Assembly: GCF_964213995.1 (NCBI RefSeq)
Contig: NC_135816.1
Location: 60,574,001-60,638,000, forward strand
Length of the DNA stretch: 64,000 nucleotides
Source of the DNA: Mustelus asterias
Lineage: Eukaryota
Direction: 5' to 3'
Below, in pieces: positions 36,327 through 48,121 of the stretch (within the stretch, counting starts at the first letter, position 1; every line of letters starts with the position of its first letter). The position numbers and the translations under genes are program-made. Below the pieces are notes generated by a model, which was not told the DNA's origin, did no database searches, and worked only from the letters and a program-made list of their open reading frames with translations.

Positions 36327-37339
36327 TACACAATTTAGCTGCCATGATTCCTAAATGGCAACAGCAACTACAATTCAAAAGTAGTTCATTGGGACGAATT
36401 TTCCCGTTCCACCTGCCACGGGAATTGTAGCAGGCAAGGGGTGGACAATGAAAGGTCCATTGATCTTGGGTGGGATTTTCCGGTTTCGGAGCGAGCGCGG
36501 CCAGAAAATTCCACCCATTGTCTGTAAAGTACTCTGAGACGTCAGATGGTTGTGAAAAGTGCAATATAAATGCACGTCTTTCTTTCTTCCTTTCTTCTTT
36601 CCCTTTCCTCTTCCTTCTGCTTCTCTTCTTGCTCTCCAATGACTTGTCATATTGCTGGAGTCATGGGCTATCCCTTCATGATGGCAAGGTTGTGCAACAG
36701 AAGACAACCACAAATTTTGACTCTTGCTCTGCGGAGTACTGCAGGGCTCCTCCAAAGCAGGTTAGGAAGCACAAGTGTTGTTTCAGATCTCCATGATTCA
36801 TTGTACATCATCGTGCACCAGTCGAACATTCAGGGAATGGAATCATTTTATGGCTGTGATAAATCTCAGAGTTTGTATGCAGCACTGCATACAAAGCAAA
36901 GCAACATACGTTTGTGCATGGACGTTGATGTTAGAACAAAGCTAGACCTGAACAACATTCAGGGGGGGCTGATAAGTGGCCAGTAACATTTGAGCCACAC
37001 AAGTGCCAGGCAATGACCAGCTCCAACAAATGAGAATTTAACCATCTCCCCTTCACATTGAACAACATTACCATGGCTAAATATCCCACCATCAACAACC
37101 TGGAGGTCACCATTGACCAGAAACCTAACTGGACCAGCCATATAAGTACTCTGGCAACAAGAACTACTCAAAGGCTGGAATTTCTACAGTGAGTAACTCA
37201 CCTCATGACTCCCCAAAGCTTGTCTACCATCTATAAGGCAAAAGTCAGGAGTTTATAGAGTCATAGAGGTTTACAGCATGGAAACAGGCCCTTCGGCCCA
37301 ACTGGTCCATGCCACCCTTTTTTTTAAAAACCCCTAAGC

Positions 37340-40139
37340 CAGGGGTCTCCAAACTTTTCAGTACGAGGGCCACATCGTATATTTTACACATTTTCAGGGG
37401 CCAAAGAAAAAAAATTAGTTTTATAAATGAATGAATAAAATTTAAATGAATGAATAAGTTTTATTTGGATCATCTTTGTAATCAGCATGATATGATTCAG
37501 AACAAAAGAGAAATGTGACAATTATAAAGAAACAATGCCGTGCTTACACTGAGAAATGATATATAATGAGTAAAAATGTCAAACATTAGCAAATGCTCTG
37601 ACAAAATAATCAATTACTTAGCTGCAGATGAGAAAAGCAGGCTATTCATTTTTTAATTAATTTTATTTACTGAAATTTTACAAATGTTTACTTGAAATGA
37701 GAATTTGCCCAATTTTGTGGCACACAATAAGAAAAATAAACACGCCCCAAGAAAGAACTTCAGTAAAACAAAGCAAAGAAATTCAAAATAAACTTGAACC
37801 ATTAATAAAGGTCAAACAAAAATAAATTCAGTCTGCACCTTTCAGAAAGCAACACAATTCTGGCAATTGGAGTTTTCAATCGTAACCAACAAATCATGAA
37901 GTTTTGCACAAGATTAATGGGAATGATGGAACTGCTTTTTTAATTTCAAAATATTGCTGAACTGAGGTTTCAAGCTTGAGGAGCCAATTATTAGAATGGA
38001 CTTCAAATGCTCATCAGATAAATTTGCTCGATATTTGGACTTGACATACTTCATTTTTGAAAATGTTTGTTCACACAGGTACGTTGTACCAAAAACTGAT
38101 ACAAATCCACAAGCAAATCGCTTCAAATTTGGAAACTGCTCAAGCTGCAAAAATTTATAAAATTGGATCAGATTTCCTTCTTTATACTTGTCTTTCAGCA
38201 TGTCATCTGATTGGAGATCAATAATTTCCATTTGAAACTGACTTGGGAGTGTTTCAACATTGCAGCCAAATGGATTTTGAAACAGCTTTGTTTCATCTGT
38301 GCTTCCATCAAGATCAGAAAATCGTTCCTGAAATTGTTTTTGCAAGTCCTTAATGATTTCTGCTGCAAATGAAGAAGGAAATTCTGCTTCACTTTCTTCA
38401 TGAAATTTTTCACAACATGGAAAATGAACCAAGTTATGAACTTTCGGCTGTCCTTGAAATAGCATCAGTTTTGCCCTGAATGCCTTGACATGCGCGAATA
38501 GATCACAGATCAAATTTGTTTCACCTTGCAACTTCAGATTCAATTGATTCATATGGCCTGTCACGTCTGCAAAAAATGCCAAGTTCCAAAGCCAGTCAGT
38601 GTTTGATAAAAGTGGTTCGGGTCGATTCTTCTCTGTGAGAAAGAAATCAATTTCCTCTCTGAGCTGAAAGAACCGTGATAGAACCTTTCCACAACTAAGC
38701 CATCGAACTGCTGTAAAATAAGGCAAGTCACCGAACTCAGAATCAGTTTCTTTCAGAAAATCACTAAACTGGCGCTGATTAAGCCCGTGAGATCGAATGA
38801 AATTCACTGTTGAAACAACAGGTTTCAGAACGCAAGACATCTCCGCATATTTTCCGCACAATGCTTGTTGATGGATAATGCAATGCAGAAACATGGGCTT
38901 TGAGAATCCACCAACCTCACAAGCTTTTGTGATTTGTCCAACCAAACCTTTCTTCACCCCAGACATGTTCTTTCCTCCATCAATTGTCACGCATTGCAGT
39001 TTATTCCACTCCAGGTTATATTCTAACGCAGTTTTTTGCAATTCTTTGAAGATGTCTTCTCCAGTTACTGTGCTGTGCATGCTATGCACTGATGCTAATT
39101 CTTGTGTCACATTAAATTCACTGTCGTGCCACGGATGAATACTAGGAGTTGTGATGTGTCACACACATCAGTCGATTAATCAAGTGCGAGAGAATACAAC
39201 TGAAAATTTCTTGCTTTGTCTGCAATTTGATGAAATATATTGCTTCCTATATCCTCTATTCTACGAGCAACAGTATTTGGCGCAAGACTGATGATTTTGA
39301 ACAGATTTGCTTTTTCTGGGCATAACTCTTCCACTGCTTCCATTATACACTCTTTGATGAGATCTCCATCGGTGAATGGCTTTCCTCTTTTATCCAACAC
39401 ATAAGCTAGTTTGTGGCTGGCCCTGGCTTCATTGTCAGTTATCTTCTGCGTAAAAAAAGCTTGTTGGGAAAGCAACCTGCGTTGCATTGATTCAAATTTT
39501 TCCGAACGCTGTGTTCCTGTGAATTGGGAATAACTTGGTTCATGTTTGGTCTCATAGTGCCGACGTACATTGTACTCCTTCAAAACTGCAACAGTTTCAT
39601 TGCATATGACACACAAGGCTTTATCACCTGCTTGTACAAAGAAGTACTTTACACCCCATTCTTCATTAAACAGGCGGCACTCACTGTCCACTTTTCTTTT
39701 CTTTTTTCCTTCCACAACTGAATTGGTCTGAATTGCCGCCATCATTGTCATTGTTCTCGCTCATTTCAGACAGTTGGAGCTTACGGATTGGATAAAGCAG
39801 CTGTCACTCAGTCAATGCAGAGCGGCAATTGGATAACAGATGTCTCAATTGCTGATTCATTTAATGAACTGTCAGTCGTAGGACGGCAGCTCTGATTGGA
39901 CAATAGGCCGGTAAAGAGGGCAGGGATTCCCATGGGTCCAAGAGACGCCACGCGGAGCGGCAGCAAATGTCCAGCCTGTGGCTTCCGTCCCCGTGTCCGG
40001 ATCCTGAGTCAGTGGCGGGGTTCCGGACGCAGGAGTGTTTTCGGCAGCGGGAATTCCGTCCCGCCCCACTGGCTGCGGGCCAGATGTTAGCCCGCTGTGG
40101 GCCGGATGTGGCTCGCGGGCCATAGTTTGGAGACCCCTG
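37340..40139 (-). mobile_element. Full-length hAT DNA transposon, Buster/Charlie subfamily
   Basis: Perfect 16-bp TIRs CAGGGGTCTCCAAACT. 8-bp TSD CCCTAAGC (nnnTAnnn) at 37332-37339 and 40140-40147. Confidence 0.96.
37914..39745 (-). pseudogene. hAT transposase (GTF2IRD2/OposCharlie-like), one nonsense codon and one frameshift
   Basis: BED finger CVIC...RRHYETKH; LALD*STD; TIDGG; HCIIH; VRWLS; FGTTYLCEQTFS. Lesions at 39178 (TAA) and ~39127 (1-nt deletion). Confidence 0.93.
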
Positions 40140-41978
40140 CCCTAAGCTAATCCCAATTGCCCACATTTGGCCCATATCCCTCTATACCCATCGCACCCGT
40201 GTAACTATCTAAATGCTTTTTAAAAGACAAAATTGTACCCACTACTACCTCTGGCAGCTTGTTCCAGACACTCACCACCCTCTGTGTGAAAAGATTGCCC
40301 CTCTGGATACTTTTGTATCCCTCCCCTCTCACCTTAAACCTATGCCCTCTAGTTTTAGACTCCCCTACCTTTGGAAAAAGATATTGACTATCTAGCTGAT
40401 CTGTGCCCCTCATTATTTTATAGACCTCTATAAGGTCACCCCTCAGCCTCCTACGCTCCAGAGAAAAAAGTCCCAGTCTATCCAGCCTCTCCTTATAATT
40501 CAAACCATCAAGTCCTGGTAGCATCCTAGTAAATCCCTTCTGCACTCTTTCTAGTTTAATAATATCCTTTCTATAATAGGATGACCAGAATTGTACACAG
40601 TATTCCAAGCGTGGCCCGACTTGTACAACTTCAACAAGACATTCCAACTCCTGTATTCAATGTTCTGACCAATGAAACCAAGCATGCCAAATGCCATCTT
40701 CACCACTCTGTCACCTGTGACTCCACTTTCAAGGAGCTATGAACATGTACCCCTAGATCTCTTTGTTCTGTAACTCTCCCCAATGCCCTACCATTAACTG
40801 AGTAAGTCCTGTCCTGGTTCAATCTACCAAAATACATCACCTTGCATTTGTCTAAATTAAACTCCATCTGGCATTTGTCAGCCCACTGGCCCAATTGATC
40901 AAGATCCCGTTGCAATTGGAGATAACTTTCTTCACTGTCCACTACGCCACCAATCTTAGTGTCATCTCCAAACTTACCTCCTCCTCCTATATTCTCATCC
41001 AAATCATTAATATAAATGATAAATAACAGTGGACCCAGCACTGATCCCTGAGGTACACCGCTGGTCACAGGCCTCCAGTTAGAAAAACAATTCTCGACAA
41101 CCACCCTCTGGCTTCTGTCAAGAAGCCAATTTTGTATCCACTTAGATACCTCACCCTGGATCCCATGAGATTTAATCTTATACAACAACCTACCATGCGG
41201 TACCTTGTCAAAGGCCTTGCTAAAGTCCATGTAGACAACATCAACTGCACTGCCCTCATCTACCTTCTTGATTACCCCTTCAAAAAACACAATTAAATTT
41301 GTGAGACATGATTTTCCACTCACAAAGCCATGCTGACTGTCCCTAATCAGTACTTGCATCTCTAAGTGCCTGTAGATTCTGTCTCCCAAAATACCTTCCA
41401 ACAATTTACCCACCACAGATGTGAGGCTCACTGGCCTGTAGTTCCCAGGGTTTGATGGAATACTCTCCTCTTCTCTGGATGAATGCAGCTTCAACAACAC
41501 TCAAGGAGCTCAACACAATCCAGGACAAAGCAGCTGGCTTGCTGAATTGGTTTATTCTTGCAAGTTCAGTCTACTATTAAAATAGATCCCAATGTAGTAT
41601 TAGAACAGAAAATTGTTCTGGCCAATAATCCCCATTCAACCAACATCAATCATCTCCTTACCTGTGTATTGAATCTTGTTGCGTAATAATTTCTTACTGA
41701 GGCTGCGAAAGGCACCATATAAAATTAAATCGTTCATTTGTGCACCTATCCAGACAAATTTGAGTATTTTCTGCCTCAGCCACTTACCTCAGAAATAAAT
41801 TCCAGAGCCTCACAAATCTCTTGTGAGAAAACATTTTTCCTGCCCTCTTTTCTAACTCTCTTACATTTAGTCTTACATTGAAGGCCCCGTATGCTAGGCC
41901 CTTCAACTACTAGAAACAATCTGGTTCAATTACCTGGAACCACCATATCATAATTTTAACCTGCTTAGATCATTTGAC

Positions 41979-42189
41979 CAATAATTAGCGCTATGTGTTA
42001 TTCAAGCAAAGAAACTGCGCTTCAATCAGGTCGTTTATCATATTTATATTTGAAATGTATGAAGACGCGATTGCAAGCTTTTTAATGGACAGTTCTGTCT
42101 TTCATTGTTCTGTAATATTTCTAATAATGAAAGAGACATTAGTATTATTGTTTATTCTTAGATTTTGTGCTGTTCTTTTCCTGGCAACA
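41979..42189 (-). pseudogene. Decayed exon
   Basis: Acceptor TTTTTCTTATTTTCAAG. Reads VARKRTAQNLRINNNTNVSFIIRNITEQ*KTELSIKKLAIASSYISNINMINDLIEAQFLCLNNT. Confidence 0.45.
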
Positions 42190-42329
42190 CTTGAAAATAA
42201 GAAAAACTTATAACTGCAGCAGGTCAAAAGTACTCCACACATCACAAGATATTCTTTAAACCCAGAACATAACATTCTCTATAGTTTCTGACCCCACATC
42301 CAAATAGCTTAAACAATCAAAGTGAACAC

Positions 42330-43122
42330 ACAAGCATTGGCTGCTGAAGAGCACTACAGTAAGGGTGGTAAAAGGTATTTTTAAAAAGCAGATACTGCCA
42401 TAGCAGGTGTCAGGTCAGTTAGCATTTTGCTTGCTGCAGGAAGGTAATGCTGGCTGGAAGGACAGGCTTTGTCAGCACTAGACTACAGTTATTTCCACAA
42501 GCTAAAATGGAGTCACGCAGGCTTAGATTTTTCCTTTCTCTCGTGGGAGTATTTGCCTTCAGATAAGGCCTCCAAATTCAACTGAATCAGCAGCTTGTTA
42601 ATAATAGGCTCCCTTTTATGTTGATCTTAATCTATTTGCTCGGATGTGCCAGAGCAGCATAACTGGACAAAAAGTCTCTTCTCTCATGTAATTGGAATCT
42701 GGATATTTATTCCACAAGTGTAACTGAGGCAATTTCTCAGCCACTGACTTACATTATCTGTTAAAGCGTTTTGGGACATAATTGAGGCCATGATATGTGC
42801 TACATAAATGCAAGTCTTCCTTTCTTATTCTAAGACATTTTGTGCTTGTTTCAATCAGACAAGCACAGAAACCATTTCATCAGTAAAGGGACGAAATCTT
42901 GAATGTTAAAATTTTGAACTTCTATTAGATAAATGTGAAGGAATCATAAATCAAGTCACTGAAGTAACCTCCCAGCTGCTTACTATTCAGCACCTTCAGC
43001 AGAGTACCAAGTAGCATCTCAATAAGGTGGAAGTAAGTCTTTAGAATCTCAACAAGAACAAACTTTCTCCCAGTGGAGCCGAAAACCTTGGAGGCGGAAG
43101 TGGTAAAATCACTTTGAAAGGT
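42330..43122 (-). pseudogene. Two decayed, phase-compatible exons (~43122-42873 and 42593-~42330)
   Basis: EILKTYFHLIEMLLGTLLKVLNSKQLGGYFSDLIYDSFTFI**KF, frameshift, QNFNIQDFVPLLMK, TG|gt ... ag|C, C*FS*IWRPYLKAN...SLVLTKPV...LLFKNTFYHPYCSALQQ. Confidence 0.5.
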
Positions 43123-43329
43123 GTGTTGAATTTGCTGCACACTTACAGACTTTCAAGAACACAAAAGGCATTTATTAACAAGGAGAAAATGTGCAGAGGC
43201 TAGCAGTTCCCCAGCTTCCCTAGAGCAGCCCGCTGGCCGCCTCACTCCCTACATGTCTTCTACATATCTTCCAGATGCCTTCTGTATAAGAGAGGGCTCC
43301 ATCCCCAGGGGTTCTCTTGGTCCCAAGCT

Positions 43330-43967
43330 TCAAGTTTTTAGGTATCCAGGTCACCAACAACCTGTCCTGGTCCCCCCTTGCTGACACTATAGTTAAGAAA
43401 GCCCATCAACGTCTCTAATTTCTCAGAAGACTAAGGAAATTTGGCATGTCAGCTACGACTCTCACCAACTTTTACAGATGCACCTTAGAAAGCATTCTTT
43501 CTGGTTGTATCATAGCTTGGTATGGCTCCTGCTCTGCCCAAGACTGCAAGAAACTACAAAAGGTCGTGAATGTAATCCAATACATCATGCAAACCAGTCT
43601 CCCATCCATTGACTCTGATTACACTTCCCACTGCCTCGGCAAAGCAGCCAGCATAATTAAGGACCTCACGCACGCCGGACAGTCTCTCTTCCACTTTCTT
43701 CCATCAGGAAAATGATACAAAAATCTGAGGTCACGTAACAACTGACTCAAGAACAGCTTTTTCCCTGCTGCCATCAGACTTTTGAATGGACCTACCTTGC
43801 ATTAAGTTGATCTTTCTCTATACCCAGCTATGACTGTAACACTACATTCTCCACTCTTTTGTTTCCTTCTCTATGAACGGTATGCTTTGTCTGTAAAGCG
43901 TGCAAGAAACAATACTTTTCACTGTGTATCAATACATGTGACAATAATAAATCAAATTAAATCAATT
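43330..43967 (+). mobile_element. Rex1/Babar 3' fragment
   Basis: MSATTLTNFYRCTLESILSGCIIAWYG. Tail AATAAATCAAATTAAATCAA. Same family as 19521-20800. Confidence 0.88.
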
Positions 43968-44203
43968 AATTCTTCAAACCAGGTGACCCTCTTCTGCTGC
44001 GTTGCCTGAAAGGGCCTCACACCTCAATCACCACATCCGTCCCTCTTTAACTCCTTTATACAATCTTCAATAACCAAGTTATTTAGTCCTAAATTCTAAC
44101 TAAACAAGTTGGGCAATTATAAATCGAATCTTTGAGGGATTTTTGTTTCTTGTAGAATGGTGTAATTCTGTAGTCCGAGATGCTTCCACCATATCAACAT
44201 TAA

Positions 44204-44468
44204 CAGGTTTAAGGTGCTGGGGGGTAGGTACAGAGGAGATGTCAGGGGTAAGTTTTTCACTCAGAGGGTGGTGGGTGAGTGGAATCGGCTGACGTCGGTG
44301 GTGGTGGAGGCAAACTCGTTGGGGTCTTTTAAGAGACTTCTGGATGAGTACATGGGATTTAATGGGATTGAGGGCTATAGATAGGCCTAGAGGTGGGGAT
44401 GTGATCGGCGCAACTTGTGGGCCGAAGGGCCTGTTTGTGCTGTGGCTTTCTATGTTCTATGTTCTATA
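44204..44468 (+). mobile_element. Short CR1 3' end
   Basis: GKFFTQRVVGEWNRL; (TTCTATG)n tail. Confidence 0.88.
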
Positions 44469-45315
44469 ACAGGCACCTCTTCTGGCACAGGCAGTTCATT
44501 GCTACTTGCTTCCACGGAAACATCAGTTATGTTTATAACAGGGCGTTCAGGTATTTCAGTGCTTACATGTTCGAAAACATTTCTTGGCAGCAACATTGAC
44601 TGCTGGATTATCTCTCTACTTCTCCAGTGATCCACATGTTTATGAATGATCCATCCCTCACTGTATATTGGATATGACAGGAGTCTGGTCACAGAGACAA
44701 TAATTCCAGACATCTAACTTGATCCACCACCAAAGTTATATATTGTGGCACCGTGTCATATTATGTACTTAATATGGGTTTTTTTTATTGTTGCAGTGGT
44801 GATGGCTCATTGATGAGGTCTTGGGACTTGTGGGTCCAAACATAAACAGTTTTATAGATAGGCTTTAACTATGTACAGTTCCAAATATGAGCTTGCATGG
44901 AGTTCTTCCATCTAGGCCTGTTGCTTTTCCATTCATGTGACCATTTCAGCAAACATGTTCTGACACGTAATCTTAGCTTCGTTCTCAGTCTGAATTGTTG
45001 ATTCTGCTGTCAATTTCTCTGTTTTTACTTCTTCAGTTAATTTCTCATTGTCAAGCTTTTTTTCAAGCTTTTATTCTCCTGGTTCAATTCTTCACTGGAC
45101 TTGTACTTAGTTTTCCAGTTGTTGTTTTCATGGAGTTCAGCTTATTCTACATTGTCTCATTAATTTCTCCTTAACTTTTGTTTTGTAAATTCTTTTGCAA
45201 CTTTTTTTCTTAGATTTCTGTCAGTCATTTCAGCTTATTATTTTAATGCCTTCTCGAGAGCTTTAATTCTCTTTGCTAATTCCTCTTTCATTTAATAGTT
45301 CCTAGTTTCTTTTTA

Positions 45316-45597
45316 AAGTTAAAGTTTATTTATTAGTGTCATAGGTAGGCTTACATAAACTCTGCAATGAAGTTACTGTGAAAATCCCCTCGTTGCTACA
45401 CTCCGGTTTGGGTACACTGAAGGAGAATTTTAGCACAGCCAATGCACCTAACCAGCACATCCTTTGGACTGTGGGAGGAAATCGGTGCACCTGGAGGAAA
45501 CCCACGCAGACACAGACTCTGCACAGACAGTGGACCCAAGCCAGGAATCAAACCGGGACCCTGGCACTGTGAGGCAGCAGTGCTAACCACTGTGCTG
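45316..45597 (-). mobile_element. SINE with HE1-like head and a different tail
   Basis: Head GCACAGTGGTTAGCACTGCTGCCTCAC. Tail ...GACACTAATAAATAAACTTTAACTTTAA. Confidence 0.8.
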
Positions 45598-46836
45598 TCC
45601 TTTAATTCCTGCATTTCATCAGAGGAAAATCCATCATGTTCTTACTGGACAGTACATTTGACAAATTGAACCTTAATTTCTACTTGTCTTACCTTCAAGC
45701 CAAACTCTTTTGGCTTCACTGTTGGTCGGGTCTGTCTTGAACAAAGTGTTGACTTGTTTGCATTCTGAAATTCCCTTGTTGCCCTTCATTTAGTCATTTA
45801 TTGTCTTTCATTGTTGTCCTCCTTTTTGGGGTCTTTCATTACCTTCCTTCAAGGGTCTTTCAAGACTCTCTTTCTGGTGACTTCATTACCTCTTTCTGCA
45901 GACGTTTTTTGAGAGTTACCCTCTCTTTGGTGTCTTCTCCAATTTTCCTGTCCATTGTCATTTATTCCTTCATATGGTTGCCGCTTTAAGTGCATTGCCA
46001 CGTTAAATGTATTTCTTCTTTCACTGCATTAGCGCTTTAAATACATTATCTCTTTAAGTGCTTTATCTCTTTAAGACAGTCATTTTTAAAAAAAAAACTG
46101 TTAGCAGCTGCCAGTTCTTTCCATGTGCTTTTCTCGCGCTTTTGAAATTTTGGCGGGAACCTGCTGCTCTCTTCACTTGAACCTTCTTTAAACTTTGGAA
46201 ACTTCACTTCTTGTTATGAATGGAACACTCTTGGTGATCTCCGCAGCTTTTTTTTCCTTCAAGCCATTTGAAGATACCGCTTTCCCTCTGCTTTTTGATG
46301 TGCCTCTTTTTGTCCATTTCACTGGCGACCCAGCCATTTTAAAAACTTTTTTTGCTTCTTTTCATTTGAACAGATGGAGGTCTTCTCCTCTATTAAAAAT
46401 ATTGGAACCTCGCTGCCTGCAGTCTCTCAGTGCAGGGATCACTACCCGAACTCGGGTCAGGAGCCTGGCAATCTCATCTTTTCATTTTCCTGTGCTTCTG
46501 AGACAGGTCCTGCAGTTCCTTGGGACATGTTTCCCTTTTACTGAAACCCCGCCACTTTCCGTCTCGACCAGAATTAATTTCCAGATGGGAAGGCCCATGG
46601 TTGTCAGGTAAGAATCTGCAACCAGCTTGTGTCACCTTCAAGGCAGTCTGGGGAGGGGGCTTGGTGACTGGTCATCAGGAGGGCGGGGTCCATTGAGAGC
46701 CACTGCCACTTACATTGCTGATGGCCCCCTGCACCCCTGTCCCAGAGCTCCCAACTCCCAAACCCACCAACATTATTTACCTGTGGTTTCAGTCACTGCA
46801 CAATCCTAGGACTCGAGTGCCTGTCCTTCCAGAGGC

Positions 46837-47225
46837 ATGATGTGGAGATGCCGGCGTTGGACTGGGGTAAACACAGTAAGAAGTCACCAGGTTAAAGTCC
46901 AACAGGTTTATTTGGTAGCAAAATCCACTAGCTTTTGGAGCGCTGCTCCTTCGTCAGGTAAGTGGGAGTTCTGTTCACAAACAGGGCATATAAAGACACA
47001 AACTTAATTTACAAAATAATGGTTGGAATACGAATCTTTATAGGTAATCAAGTCTTAAAGGTACAGACAATGTGAGTGGAGAGAGCATTAAGCACAGGTT
47101 AAAGAGATGTGTATTGTCTCCAGACAGGACAGTTAGTGAGATTTTGCAGCCTGGGCTTGCAAAATAAACTTGACCAAATAAACCTGTTGGATTTTAACCT
47201 GGTGGTGTGAGACTTCTTACTGTGT
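46837..47225. mobile_element. Penelope-like fragment with inverted termini
   Basis: 11-bp TSD CTTCCAGAGGC. Inverted terminal segments. Hammerhead on the minus strand at 46925-46962 with GAAA mutated to AAAA. Confidence 0.82.
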
Positions 47226-47831
47226 CTTCCAGAGGCAGCCACAGCTTGTCCAGCCCTAGATCTGCCAGCCTTTGGTTGGCCGGCAGTGCTCTGTAGATGA
47301 GTCTTCTGCCCCCATGGGCTTGACTCAAGGGGTAGGCTCGCCAACAGCCTTGCCACTGCCTGATTGGTATGTGTATCAGCTCAACAAGATTCTGCCCAAT
47401 GACTGAAAGCAGGAGAAGACTGTGAGGCGCAAGTCTAGAGATCACAAGTTGATCACTGCATGATTGTTATTTTTAAGTGACACATTGTATGTGCATATAA
47501 TGTAAACATATAAGCGCATATTACAATCGCACACAGAAAAGTTGGTTTACATAATGGTCTTTGCTTAAATCCTCTCTATTGCATATATTTCTGATTAACT
47601 AATCTTATTATTGCTATTTTATTAATGGGAATATTTGCTGGTTTTTACAAATATAACTCCAAATTTGCAAAGGGGTGACAGCAGCTATATGTGTACTGTG
47701 ATTTCAATTGCATTTCCCAATCACTCCTGCTTGACAGAGAGGATGAAAACTGGTACAACTGTGCCTGGTAATGATAGTGTAGAGATCCATACTTTAAAAA
47801 AATTACTTTGAGGCTGGTTTTCCGTTGAAAT

Positions 47832-48009
47832 ATAGAAACATAGAAAGAAACATAGAAAAACTACAGCACAAAACAGGCCTTTCAGCCCCACAAGTTGTGC
47901 CGAACATATCCCTACCTTTTAGGCCTACCTATAACCCTCCAACCTACTAAGTCCCATGTACTCATCCAGGAGTCTCTTAAAAGACCCTATTAAGTTTGCC
48001 TCCACCACA
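47832..48009 (-). mobile_element. Short CR1 3' end
   Basis: VVEANLIGSFKRLLDEYM; (TTCTATGT)n tail. Confidence 0.85.
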
Positions 48010-48121
48010 AATATGTGTGAATTGCTATCAGCCAAGGAAACAATATTCATTATGACACAAGAGACTGCTCGAATTGAATGGCAGCAGTCAGATTTTTTCT
48101 GAAACTCCCATGTCTCCAATT

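Larger units (their letters stand above)
35725..36590 (+). mobile_element. Deu-domain SINE (SacSINE/AmnSINE-like), split by Penelope and a MITE
   Basis: GTGTCCTGGCCAA...TGTAGGAGCTTGCTGTACACAATT...CTGTAAAGTACTCTGAGA...ATATAAATGCA, typical of the Deu core and L2-like tail. Confidence 0.65.
37255..41452 (-). mobile_element. Degenerate CR1 split by the hAT (37255-37339 and 40140-41452)
   Basis: ORFs 40147-40647 and 40700-41500 carry RT motifs. The 3'UTR continues on the other side of the hAT. Confidence 0.92.
43123..46580 (-). mobile_element. Second, highly decayed LTR element (3' LTR ~44035-43123 with Rex insertion; internal gag-like region)
   Basis: On the minus strand the purine tract AAAGAGGGACGGA precedes TG at 44035; AATAAA then ...TTCAACA closes at 43123. 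A-rich coiled-coil-like internal region. No 5' LTR found. Confidence 0.4.

Noticed and set aside
43123-43170. Apparent splice acceptor at 43151-43150 for the fossil exon
   Set aside because: It more likely lies within the end of an LTR (AATAAA...TTCAACA), so the true exon start is not visible.
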